This document shows positions 18,432 to 27,401 of a DNA stretch of 64,000 nt, one piece after another. Made by a program: the position numbers and the translations under genes. Under the pieces are notes generated by a model that saw only the letters and a list, made by a program, of their open reading frames with translations, ran no database searches and had not been told where the DNA came from. Within the stretch, counting starts at the first letter, position 1; every line of letters starts with the position of its first letter. This DNA comes from Nitrososphaerota archaeon (GTDB lineage: Archaea; Thermoproteota; Nitrososphaeria; Nitrososphaerales; Nitrosopumilaceae), in assembly GCA_028867755.1 (NCBI GenBank), contig JAGWFT010000001.1, positions 996,727 through 1,060,726 of the forward strand, given 5' to 3'.

Positions 18432-19130
18432 ATGTTAATTGAAAATTTGGATCTTAACACTGTGAGAATTATCACAGCTTTGGGTATGCTTGGAATTGCA
18501 TCTTTTTTAGACATACGAAAAAGGGAGATAAATGATATTGTATGGATTGGATTTGGAGCCATTGCGTGTGTATTTGTCTTTTTCAGTGATAATTTCTGGT
18601 TGACAATCAAGACATTAGGTTTGTCGATGATAATAGTTCCTATCGCGCTTTTCATATGGCGTCTTGGTATTTTTGGGGGGGCTGATGCTTTTTGTCTTAT
18701 AGTTCTTGGCGCCTTGGTCCCCATGGCATCAATACAAAGCTCTGAGATAACTCCATTTACAACACTCACTAATGCTGCAATAATCTCTATTGTTCCGCTA
18801 TTTGTAAATCTCAGTCGAAATCTAGTTGCCATGGCAAAAAGAGAAGATATCTTTAATGGCATAGATGAGACAAGATTAACTAAACTTGTGGCACTTTTTG
18901 TTGGTCATAGGGCAAAGAACACAAAATATGGATTTTCAATGGAAAGGATTGAAGGAAACCAAAAAAGGCTTGATTTTGGATTTAGGCATGCAGAAAAGAC
19001 ACAGTTTTGTAATGCATCCACGACATGGATTACCCCTGCAATACCGTATATCCTTTACATATCTGGCGGATTTGCGATTCAGATAATTTATGGTGATGTT
19101 ATCGTCAATTTGATTAAAAGTATCCACTGA
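18432..19130 (+). CDS. Prepilin peptidase (A24 family, FlaK/PibD-like)
   Basis: Catalytic Asp motifs FLDIRKREI and FGGADAF; C-terminal PAIPYI. Confidence 0.9.
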   Translation: MLIENLDLNTVRIITALGMLGIASFLDIRKREINDIVWIGFGAIACVFVFFSDNFWLTIKTLGLSMIIVPIALFIWRLGIFGGADAFCLIVLGALVPMASIQSSEITPFTTLTNAAIISIVPLFVNLSRNLVAMAKREDIFNGIDETRLTKLVALFVGHRAKNTKYGFSMERIEGNQKRLDFGFRHAEKTQFCNASTTWITPAIPYILYISGGFAIQIIYGDVIVNLIKSIH

Positions 19131-19194
19131 TGTTATCCTAGAATCATGCTTTGTGTGATGGACTCTTTTTAATGCCTATTACCAAATCTTTTAA

Positions 19195-19908
19195 TTGAAA
19201 ATATTATGTGGGATGTGTGTGAAAGCACTTATTCTTTCTGGAGGTCTTGGAAAAAGACTCAGACCAATAACAGATTATCTGCCTAAGCCATTAGTGCCGA
19301 TTGATAGTATACCTATAATTGAATGGCAAGCCAGATATTTTAAAAAATTTGGAATCAAAGAAATAGTTGTCTGTGCAGGCTATCGTAATGAACAAATAAT
19401 TGATTATTTGTCAAAAAAAAATCTAGGTGTGAGGGTTAGCTATTCAATTGAAAAAACCCCTTTAGGTACTGGCGGTGCAATAAAAAATGCACGTAAATAC
19501 ATCGCTGATGAAGAGAGTTTTTTTGTCATAAATGGGGACGTTATTACAGATATTGATCTCAACAAATTAAGAGCAAGAAAAAACTCAATTGCCGTGATTC
19601 CTCTACGTAGTGCATTTGGCCTAGTACACCTTACCAAAGACAAGGTTGAAAGGTTTGAAGAAAAACCAAAAGCACTCAGCTATTGGATGAATGCTGGTGT
19701 TTATCATTTGAACTCTGAGATCATAAAATCATTGCCAACTTGTGGCAATATTGAGAATACCACTTTTCCAAAATTTGCAAGTATTGGAAATCTTTATGCT
19801 ATAAAGTTCAATAATGTTTTGTGGCGTTCTATTGATTCCCATAAAGATATTGAAGATTGTGTGATGGAAATGAAATCCATGCGATATGAAAGATTTTTGT
19901 CAAAGTGA
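19195..19908 (+). CDS. Sugar-phosphate nucleotidyltransferase
   Basis: LILSGGLGKRLRP..PKPL, EKTPLGTGGAI, NGDVITD, FEEKP. Confidence 0.92.
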   Translation: MKILCGMCVKALILSGGLGKRLRPITDYLPKPLVPIDSIPIIEWQARYFKKFGIKEIVVCAGYRNEQIIDYLSKKNLGVRVSYSIEKTPLGTGGAIKNARKYIADEESFFVINGDVITDIDLNKLRARKNSIAVIPLRSAFGLVHLTKDKVERFEEKPKALSYWMNAGVYHLNSEIIKSLPTCGNIENTTFPKFASIGNLYAIKFNNVLWRSIDSHKDIEDCVMEMKSMRYERFLSK

Positions 19909-20885
19909 TATGTGTGAGAATTGGGTTTAGCCTAGGCTCATTACTCTCTATTAATGAAATATTGGAATGCTCCAAAACTCTTTCTGCTTATTCTCCTGAC
20001 TCCATTTGGATTCCAGAAACATGGGGCATGGAATGCAGTTCGATGATTTCTACAGTGTCACAGCTTGCAAAAAAACCAAAAATTGGCTCATCCATAATGA
20101 ATATCTATTCGAGGACTCCAGCACTTGTCGCCATGTCTGCGGTCACACTTGATACTATTACAGCAGGTAGATTCATTTTAGGACTTGGTACTAGTAGTCA
20201 GCCAATTGTAAACGAATGGCACGGACTATATTTTACAAATCCCATTGAACGAATGAAAGAATATGTCAAAATTATACGTCTTATAATTTCAGGAAGTAAA
20301 GTTAATTATGATGGTAAAATATTTCAGTTGAGAAATTTTACACTCTTAATGCATCCTGTACGAAATCATATTCCAATATATCTTGCAGCAATAAATCAAA
20401 AAATGGTTGAGCTGACATGGGATATGGCAGATGGCGCTATATTTTATTTGAGGCCATTAAATGAGCTTCAGGCAACCATAAAAAAAATGCAACAAAAAAA
20501 GAAAATTGATGTTGCCTGTCAGCTAATAACATGTGTTTCTGAAGATGCAGAAGAGGCAATGCTACGAGCAAAAAAGACAATAGCGTTTTATGTCTCAGTG
20601 GGTAAAATTTATCGAGAATTTTTGGCAAAAAATGGCTTTAAAAATGAAACTGACAATATTTTTGAAGAATATGAAAAAACTGGGCTTCAGAACAATCACG
20701 CTTTGGTATCAGATTCAATGGTTGATGCTCTTGCAATAAGTGGAACTCCAAAAGATATTGTAATAAAATTAAAAAAATTTACAAATACAGGTATAAATTT
20801 ACCAATAATTCAATTTAATCCAATTGGGGATGTGTCCAAATCGTTTGAGTTACTTGTGTCTGCATTGGCAAGTGAGATGAGTTGA
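19905..20885 (+). CDS. LLM-class flavin/F420-dependent oxidoreductase
   Basis: WIPETWG, RTPALVAMSAVTLD...GRFILGLG, PIYLAA; 4-nt overlap. Confidence 0.88.
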   Translation: MICVRIGFSLGSLLSINEILECSKTLSAYSPDSIWIPETWGMECSSMISTVSQLAKKPKIGSSIMNIYSRTPALVAMSAVTLDTITAGRFILGLGTSSQPIVNEWHGLYFTNPIERMKEYVKIIRLIISGSKVNYDGKIFQLRNFTLLMHPVRNHIPIYLAAINQKMVELTWDMADGAIFYLRPLNELQATIKKMQQKKKIDVACQLITCVSEDAEEAMLRAKKTIAFYVSVGKIYREFLAKNGFKNETDNIFEEYEKTGLQNNHALVSDSMVDALAISGTPKDIVIKLKKFTNTGINLPIIQFNPIGDVSKSFELLVSALASEMS

Positions 20886-21991
20886 GACAAGTAGCTGTTG
20901 CTTCTGGTGGTCTCACCAGATTTACCAAAAATGATCTATCCCTTGAAACACTTATGGTTTCTTCTGTAAAACAAATTTTTGAAAAAACTGAGAACCTAGA
21001 ACAAAAAGACATTGATGTAGTATTAATATCGACAAATGCAAATGACAAATACTTGGCAAACATTGTATCAGAATTATGTGGAATATCACCTAAAATTGCA
21101 CATTCGATAGAAAGCCTGTGCAATTCTGGAACTAACTGCATTGTATCTGCATATTCATATATTTTATCAGGTCTTGCAAAGACTGCCCTAGTAATAGGTG
21201 CAGAAAAAACTAACAGTCCTGGGCTTGTATTGGAATGGGATAAATCTAGAGGACAGTACAAACATCCGATTTATTGGTCATCAATGTTTACAAGTGCACA
21301 TATGAGAAAATTTGGTACAACATCAGAAGATCTTGCTTATGTCTCAGCCAAGAACCACAGAAATGCACTGGATAACCCATATGCTTATTTTGATAGAGAA
21401 TACTCCTTACAAGAAATTACAGAATCAAAAAATCTGACTGAGAATGTGAGATTATTAGATTGTTCAATGTCGTGTGATGGTTCTGCTGCAGTTTTGCTTA
21501 CCTCAAGTGATATCGCCACAAAATTTACAGACAGGCCAGTCTGGATAACTGGAATAGGACAAAAGTCTACTTCTGCTGGCTTTACAAAGAATGATGATCT
21601 TACATCTATGAAATCAACTGCTTATTCTGCTTCTGATGCATACCAGATGTCTGGTAGAAAACCAACTGATGTAGATGTTGCAGAATTACATGATGCTTTT
21701 AGCATATGTGAAATTATTGAGCTTGAAGACCTTGGATTTGTAAGTAAGGGGCAGGGGTCTTCTTACGTGCACCAACTATATGACTCACATGATAGACGAA
21801 TAAATCCTCGTGGTGGTTTGATTGGTGCAGGACATCCACTTGGCGCTACAGGTATTGCTCAGACTGTAGAAATTTGTCAACAGCTACAAGGAAATGCTAA
21901 AAAAAGACAAGTGGATGGAGCAAAGGTAGGTCTAGTTCACAATATGTCTGCTGCAGCAACGTCTTCAACTGTCATGATATTGGAATCATGA
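20882..21991 (+). CDS. Thiolase family protein (acetyl-CoA acetyltransferase)
   Basis: SLCNSG, ELHDAF, GHPLGATG, HN motifs. Confidence 0.9.
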   Translation: MRQVAVASGGLTRFTKNDLSLETLMVSSVKQIFEKTENLEQKDIDVVLISTNANDKYLANIVSELCGISPKIAHSIESLCNSGTNCIVSAYSYILSGLAKTALVIGAEKTNSPGLVLEWDKSRGQYKHPIYWSSMFTSAHMRKFGTTSEDLAYVSAKNHRNALDNPYAYFDREYSLQEITESKNLTENVRLLDCSMSCDGSAAVLLTSSDIATKFTDRPVWITGIGQKSTSAGFTKNDDLTSMKSTAYSASDAYQMSGRKPTDVDVAELHDAFSICEIIELEDLGFVSKGQGSSYVHQLYDSHDRRINPRGGLIGAGHPLGATGIAQTVEICQQLQGNAKKRQVDGAKVGLVHNMSAAATSSTVMILES

Positions 21992-22317
21992 CCAAATTTG
22001 AACAAGAACTAAAGAACAATAATTTTCTGTGTAGTCATTGTACTACATGTGATAAGCTAGTATGGCCACCAAGTGATTTTTGTAATAACTGTTTTAGTGA
22101 TGTTGTTTGGAAACCAGTTTCACGGTTTGCAAGACTTATCGAGTTTTCACGCAAAGACAATGAGTATTTTTGCATAGCAGAATTTGAAGAAAATATTAGA
22201 GTAATGGGAAGTATTCAGAATTCATCTAATTTGAAGATCAATCAACCTCTGTTTTTAGTAAAATGTGATTATGATGGTATCGAAAGGTTTGTGTTCGAAC
22301 CAGTTTTAACGTCTTAA
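21988..22317 (+). CDS. DUF35-type Zn-ribbon/OB-fold protein (thiolase partner)
   Basis: CTTC..WPP..FCNNC then OB-like strands; 4-nt overlap with thiolase. Confidence 0.85.
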   Translation: MTKFEQELKNNNFLCSHCTTCDKLVWPPSDFCNNCFSDVVWKPVSRFARLIEFSRKDNEYFCIAEFEENIRVMGSIQNSSNLKINQPLFLVKCDYDGIERFVFEPVLTS

Positions 22318-23109
22318 TTCTTTAAACTCGCTATCTATCTTTTCTTTCTTGAAGATCTTGATATGATCGTATACTCCAAATGAGAACAAAAGATAACTCC
22401 ACAAAAATACTATGTCTACTGGATGTCCTGTATAATACGTATTAGTAAAAGTTGTAAGCTGAAAACCGGCATCTGCAATTGTTTGTAGAATAATAGCAAG
22501 ACAAATCAGTGACCATGTGAAATTTACCTCTCCTCTAAAAAATAAAGCAACTCCAATTAGAGCTGGAACTAATAATATTGCATCAGCTATAGGATAACTT
22601 GTCGCCAGCGTATTCTCGAGCATACTAACTTTAGGATCAAAGTCATATGCCATGTAGACACTTGGAATAGATATGGCAACAGAAATCAAAATTGCAGATA
22701 TTATCATTCTCCTTGATATGGCGCGTGTAACAGGTCTTAGGTAATAAATCAAAAAACAAAAAAGTAGTGGATACCCAGATATGAAAAATACATCAGCCAA
22801 TGAAGGAAAAGGACTAATTTTGAAAACTAGTTCGTATGTTGACCATATTGTTTCTGCAATAAACCATGAAATTGAAAACCCAAGAAAAAATAACCATGCT
22901 TTACCATGATTACCAGCCTGCCTGAATCTTAAACATAACCCAGCAGATAATGCAACCTGCGCAGCAGTTACAGGAATATACACGATATCTGTTACTATCT
23001 TAACAGTCTCCTTTCCTAGAAATGTTGCAAATACTATGAGTACTCCTACAAATATTATACTATAAAGTAATGATATCTGTACACTATTTCTTGGATAATG
23101 AATATGCAA
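22306..23109 (-). CDS. Stand-alone 7-8 TM sensor-like membrane protein
   Basis: GKAW, PSLADVFFISGYPL, HPVD motifs; no cytoplasmic kinase/cyclase domain; paralog of 24810-25613. Confidence 0.75.
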   Translation of the reverse strand: MHIHYPRNSVQISLLYSIIFVGVLIVFATFLGKETVKIVTDIVYIPVTAAQVALSAGLCLRFRQAGNHGKAWLFFLGFSISWFIAETIWSTYELVFKISPFPSLADVFFISGYPLLFCFLIYYLRPVTRAISRRMIISAILISVAISIPSVYMAYDFDPKVSMLENTLATSYPIADAILLVPALIGVALFFRGEVNFTWSLICLAIILQTIADAGFQLTTFTNTYYTGHPVDIVFLWSYLLFSFGVYDHIKIFKKEKIDSEFKELRR

Positions 23110-23112
23110 ATT

Positions 23113-23400
23113 TTAATTCCCTATCACATTGACCATTCTTTGGACTGTACTGTCTTCAAGATGCTCCATTAATTCTATCTTGATTGATTGTGATATAGCA
23201 ACATGGGAGTTGCCAAAGACAGATTTTAGCACATTATTGAGATAATCTGGATGCTCATAACAGTCTGGAATATAACAATGATATTCCTTGTATAATTTAA
23301 TGGACACTTTGTCAAGTATGGGCTTGCCTATGTCTAAAAGTACCTTTTCAATATAAAATGACGTCAACGCTTTCATCACTTGTTTTTTATCAATATTCAT
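23113..23400 (-). CDS. Small helical domain protein (DUF3227/NitrOD-like, from memory)
   Basis: Aligns by eye with N-terminus of 25597-26232 (G...DK....L...Y...E...L..VL...FG). Confidence 0.7.
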   Translation of the reverse strand: MNIDKKQVMKALTSFYIEKVLLDIGKPILDKVSIKLYKEYHCYIPDCYEHPDYLNNVLKSVFGNSHVAISQSIKIELMEHLEDSTVQRMVNVIGN

Positions 23401-23486
23401 CTAGTCAACACCTAGTTTGTCACAGCCAGAAAAGATTTTATCAAGAAACAAAAATTCTTTACAGATCTGTCTTGTGTCCATTTCTA

Positions 23487-24335
23487 CTAAGGATGTCTAG
23501 AGTTTGACCAAATGTAAGCGAATAATAATTTTAATGTATATACCATTGATAATGAATCAGTCCACATGGCAAGAATATTTTGGGGAGACTCACTTGGGTT
23601 TTTCATAAACAAAAGTAGTTCATCATCATCTTTTATGATAAAACATAGATCTTCTTTGATTTTCAATGGCATTCTTTTTACTTTGTCTTTTAACTTGCCT
23701 TCAAAAATATAGGTTGTTTTCTTTGAATTTGATGAAATGAATTGTGGTTCTACAATCGATGTTTTTATGCGTTCAAGAAACCCTGCATGATAAAATTTCA
23801 TAAAGTCTTTTTCTGATGCCAAAATCTGAATTGATTTTTTTGCATTATCAATCAAGTAGTTTATTTTTCCAGTCATTTGATTCGTGCCTTGTAATATTTG
23901 AAATCTTCCATCCTTGGTATCTTCTTTGTTGATTTTGAAGCTGGGAATAGTATTCCAGATCTCTACTAAATTCTTTTCTTGTGACTCTAGATTTTTTACT
24001 CGCTCTTTTTCTGCATTGATGAGAGTTCCTATGGCCTTATCAAGTGATAATGCTGAGAATCTAATAGGATGCTCAAAAGTGGCAGACACAATTCCCTTAT
24101 TTTGTAAATTGGTGAGAAGATAGTAAGTTTCAGTTCTTGGAATTTTCAGAGTTTTACTTATTTGTGTAGCAGTATTAGAGCCGTATTTTTCAAGATATAG
24201 ATAAACCTTGGATTGATTGGATGTAAGGCCAAATTTAGATAGCTCATTTTTGAGCTTTTCAAGTAGCATCTCATAGTCATTTGGTTTTGAGTCAAGCGAT
24301 GAGTCTAACACAGAAAAATTAGTAACAGTCGTCAT
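23487..24335 (-). CDS. TrmB-family transcriptional regulator (paralog of 3227-4081)
   Basis: GLTSNQSKVY...IPRTETYYLL..LQNKGIVSATF.HP. Confidence 0.88.
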   Translation of the reverse strand: MTTVTNFSVLDSSLDSKPNDYEMLLEKLKNELSKFGLTSNQSKVYLYLEKYGSNTATQISKTLKIPRTETYYLLTNLQNKGIVSATFEHPIRFSALSLDKAIGTLINAEKERVKNLESQEKNLVEIWNTIPSFKINKEDTKDGRFQILQGTNQMTGKINYLIDNAKKSIQILASEKDFMKFYHAGFLERIKTSIVEPQFISSNSKKTTYIFEGKLKDKVKRMPLKIKEDLCFIIKDDDELLLFMKNPSESPQNILAMWTDSLSMVYTLKLLFAYIWSNSRHP

Positions 24336-24438
24336 ATTGCGTAATTAATACAACGGTATCTTTAGAGATCTGTATGTATCATATAATTACACACTTTTGT
24401 TGTGCATAATTTAGGCGTGTGAAACTGCTTATCTTTAA

Positions 24439-24666
24439 CTACTGGATCTGCTCAGAGAGCAAAATGACTTCTTTTGCAATTCTTTGGAATTGTCTTCTGG
24501 TTGCTTCATTCATGTCATGAACTTTTTTCACTTGAATGATTTCAAACATTATTTTTATCATGGATGAAACTGTTAACTGGCTTACAGGTTTTTTGCTGAT
24601 CTGAATTTTGTCTATGTTCATTTGTTTTGTTTGTGAATTAAGCTTGTTTGCTGTCAATACTGACAT
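24439..24666 (-). CDS. Small hypothetical protein
   Basis: 75-aa ORF co-oriented within cluster. Confidence 0.55.
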   Translation of the reverse strand: MSVLTANKLNSQTKQMNIDKIQISKKPVSQLTVSSMIKIMFEIIQVKKVHDMNEATRRQFQRIAKEVILLSEQIQ

Positions 24667-24809
24667 ATTTTTCTTAAGTTATATTAGCATAAAAATATGT
24701 CCTGCCAAAATTGGAAATATATTTTATTATTAACTATAGCTAAGTAACAAAATAATGTGACACAGCCTAGATCAAAGAATCATATTAATTGATTTTATCA
24801 AAACTGTTT

Positions 24810-25613
24810 CTAAATAATTTTCTGATGTTTGTAGAGTGCATATGCTATTACTAGATAGCCGGCATAATAACACATGTTCATTGGATGAGTCAGAGTGTAT
24901 TGATCAAATGTATCCAAGTAACCATACCAAATATCGCCTGTGGTAGTAAGTATGATTCCAATTAGTAGAACTAACCATGCAACCCCCAGCACTCCCTGTC
25001 TGAATATTCTTGCACCCAACATTGTTCCTGAGAGTACAATAGAAGACAAAACTACGTAAGTTAAACCACTAAAGAATGTTAAATCAGGATGCCCAATTTT
25101 ACTATAGGACAAGTAACTATACACTGATGTAATCACTATTGGAATAGCTACTACCCATGCTTTTGTCAAATACCCAATTTTTGGCTTGAAGAATCGTATG
25201 TTTGAGATGAGGTGAACTAGAACTAGTGGATAAAATGAATAAAAAACAATGTCAGCTGCGGTAAAAGTCGTATCCATTCCCAAAGTATCGTAAACTCCAT
25301 AGATGATTTCTCCGCCTGCGTTCATGGCAAGAGCTAATGCCAAAGCAAGATATGCTTTGCCAAAAACTTTTGATCCTTTGTATTGTTTTGCCACATAAAA
25401 TCCAAACACTGTTGCAATTGATGGATTGATAATGGATACAATATCTAGTAGTCCTGATGCGTCATCAGGTTTTGGAAATGCGTAGTAAAGATATGCTTGA
25501 AAGGATACGATTAGTATAGCTATTGAAATTAAAATTTTATAATTTATTTTACTTGTAAGTCGTTCTGGTACAACCTCTGGCGTCTCTGAGTCTTTTTTAT
25601 TCCACCGTAACAA
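24810..25613 (-). CDS. Stand-alone 7TM sensor-like membrane protein
   Basis: GKAY, AADIVFYSFYPL, HPMN; paralog of 22306-23109. Confidence 0.75.
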   Translation of the reverse strand: MLRWNKKDSETPEVVPERLTSKINYKILISIAILIVSFQAYLYYAFPKPDDASGLLDIVSIINPSIATVFGFYVAKQYKGSKVFGKAYLALALALAMNAGGEIIYGVYDTLGMDTTFTAADIVFYSFYPLVLVHLISNIRFFKPKIGYLTKAWVVAIPIVITSVYSYLSYSKIGHPDLTFFSGLTYVVLSSIVLSGTMLGARIFRQGVLGVAWLVLLIGIILTTTGDIWYGYLDTFDQYTLTHPMNMCYYAGYLVIAYALYKHQKII

Positions 25614-26232
25614 GATGCTTTTCGCCCCTTAGCATCTGGATCATCATGCTGTTGCTGATAGATTCTTTTGTGAGTTGAACTTGCACTATTACTTTGTTTT
25701 TTTCTATCTGGATTCTAATATTTTCAAAGATTGATGCATATTTGCTTACTTTCTTACCATCCTGCGTAAATTCGTGTCCATTCACTACGAGAAATCCATC
25801 TTGGATCAACTTGTTGATTTTTCTATAGCCTGATGTCTGAGGAATATTGCAGGTCTCCAAAATATCTGAAATTATCTTGGGCTGGTCAAGTACGGCATCT
25901 ATTATGTTTTTTTTATCGTCATCACCAAATGACATTAAAATTAATTTGGCTAGATACCGATCTTCAATAGTAATCCATTCTTTAGCCTCCTTCTTAGCAC
26001 GTTCTATTGTCATCATGTGCTGTAAGAACTGTCTTTCTATGCCTTCTGCCCCATCGCCAAAAAATTCTCTTAAGACAGAATCTAGTTTGGGAAAATCTTC
26101 TGTTGCGTTAGTAAGATTTATTCCATATTTTTCAAAGAGTCTCTGTTCTATTTTATCAACTGTTTTCTGACCTAGATTATTTTTTACAATATCTCCTAGG
26201 GATTTCCCAATAAGGCTGTCGAATCCAGGCAT
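25597..26232 (-). CDS. Transcriptional regulator: small helical domain + winged HTH
   Basis: C-terminal wHTH (ISDILETCNIPQTSGYRKINKLIQDGFL); N-terminal domain similar to 23113-23400. Confidence 0.8.
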   Translation of the reverse strand: MPGFDSLIGKSLGDIVKNNLGQKTVDKIEQRLFEKYGINLTNATEDFPKLDSVLREFFGDGAEGIERQFLQHMMTIERAKKEAKEWITIEDRYLAKLILMSFGDDDKKNIIDAVLDQPKIISDILETCNIPQTSGYRKINKLIQDGFLVVNGHEFTQDGKKVSKYASIFENIRIQIEKNKVIVQVQLTKESISNSMMIQMLRGEKHLVTVE

Positions 26233-26327
26233 GCATTTCTTGTGAGTATATGCTTAAAATGCAGTTGTATGTCATTCAAAAATGTGACAAGGCTTATTTA
26301 TCGATCTGTATTTCCCAAATATGGGAA

Positions 26328-26837
26328 ATGAGCAGGCTAATTATCGATGAAAGTAATCTTAGGAGTCTTCCAGTCAGTGAACGATTAGATAAATGCCTAG
26401 GAATACTAATGAAAGAAACAGATGAATCTCTTAGATGGGATGCTGTATGGTTAGCAGGTGAAATAGCTGAGATCAGTGGACCTGATGATCCTATCTTTGG
26501 TAAAGTATCTGATCTAATGGCATGGGTTTTAAAAAATGAAGCAAACGGGGTTGTCAAGCATGAAGCTTGTTATCAAATTGCTGCTAGGAACATGAGGGAA
26601 AAGATCCCAGACCTGATCGATGTTGCGTTAAAAGATCCTAGCATTATAGCACGACATGAGTCTATCGAGTCGCTAGGCTTGATGCGTGCTTTTGATACTA
26701 AGGAGATGCTTGCAAGAGCTACAAACGATCCAAATCCAGATGTAAAGGAAACCGCCCTTTTTGTACTAAAGAGATTGGAAAGATTGGAAAAACTAGAGGA
26801 AAATAAAAAAACCTATCAACCATCCAACATTCTCTGA
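26328..26837 (+). CDS. HEAT/PBS-lyase repeat protein
   Basis: Repeats LRWDAVWLAG, VKHEACYQI, ARHESIESLG, VKETALFVL; start moved to ATG 26328 (MSRLII). Confidence 0.8.
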   Translation: MSRLIIDESNLRSLPVSERLDKCLGILMKETDESLRWDAVWLAGEIAEISGPDDPIFGKVSDLMAWVLKNEANGVVKHEACYQIAARNMREKIPDLIDVALKDPSIIARHESIESLGLMRAFDTKEMLARATNDPNPDVKETALFVLKRLERLEKLEENKKTYQPSNIL

Positions 26838-26879
26838 AGAATTCAAATTTTATCCGATTAATTATTGGTATTCTATGAA

Positions 26880-27401
26880 TTAACGCTGCTCAATTTTTGG
26901 CAATTTTGGAAACCTCACTTCTCGCAAAACAGTATAGGGTGTTTTCTTTGATTCGTCTGGTAGGATCAAATCTGTGTTGTCTGCAAAAGATGCGATCTCG
27001 TCGAAGATTTTGTTTATCTCCATATCTTTTTCTAATCTTTCCAGATATTTTTCACTCCATTCCCAATTGCTATCAGGATTGCAAGAATACACTATCCAAT
27101 GAAATTTACCTTCTACAAATAATATGTCAAAAGGATACGCTCTACAATCAAATGGTCTTTGTTCATATATACTACATAATTTTTTTTCTTCATTCCAAAA
27201 AACACAATTAGAAGAGTTTTGTTTTTTTTTCAAAGCTTTGACTTTTCTGCCTTTGATATCAAGTTCTTGTATGTATAGGTCTTGAGCCTTGCCAATAGAT
27301 TTGAGTGCCTCAAAGTCAGTAGAAAAAACTAGAGGAACGGTTGAATCTGTACAGCATCCATGAGAGGCACAGTTATCACACAATCTCTTAAAACTAATCA
27401 T
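26880..27401 (-). CDS. YkgJ-family cysteine-cluster protein
   Basis: CDNCASHGCC, NCVF...CSIYEQRPFDCRAYPF; start moved to ATG 27401. Confidence 0.88.
   Translation of the reverse strand: MISFKRLCDNCASHGCCTDSTVPLVFSTDFEALKSIGKAQDLYIQELDIKGRKVKALKKKQNSSNCVFWNEEKKLCSIYEQRPFDCRAYPFDILFVEGKFHWIVYSCNPDSNWEWSEKYLERLEKDMEINKIFDEIASFADNTDLILPDESKKTPYTVLREVRFPKLPKIEQR

Noticed and set aside
5355-19130. Archaellum (fla/arl) operon
   Set aside because: The pilin N-termini are not archaellin-type, and no FlaF/FlaG/FlaCDE or chemotaxis genes are recognisable in the window; a pilus fits better.
27222-27230. T9 homopolymer as a phase-variation site in the YkgJ gene
   Set aside because: In frame (KKK), and such runs are common in this AT-rich genome.
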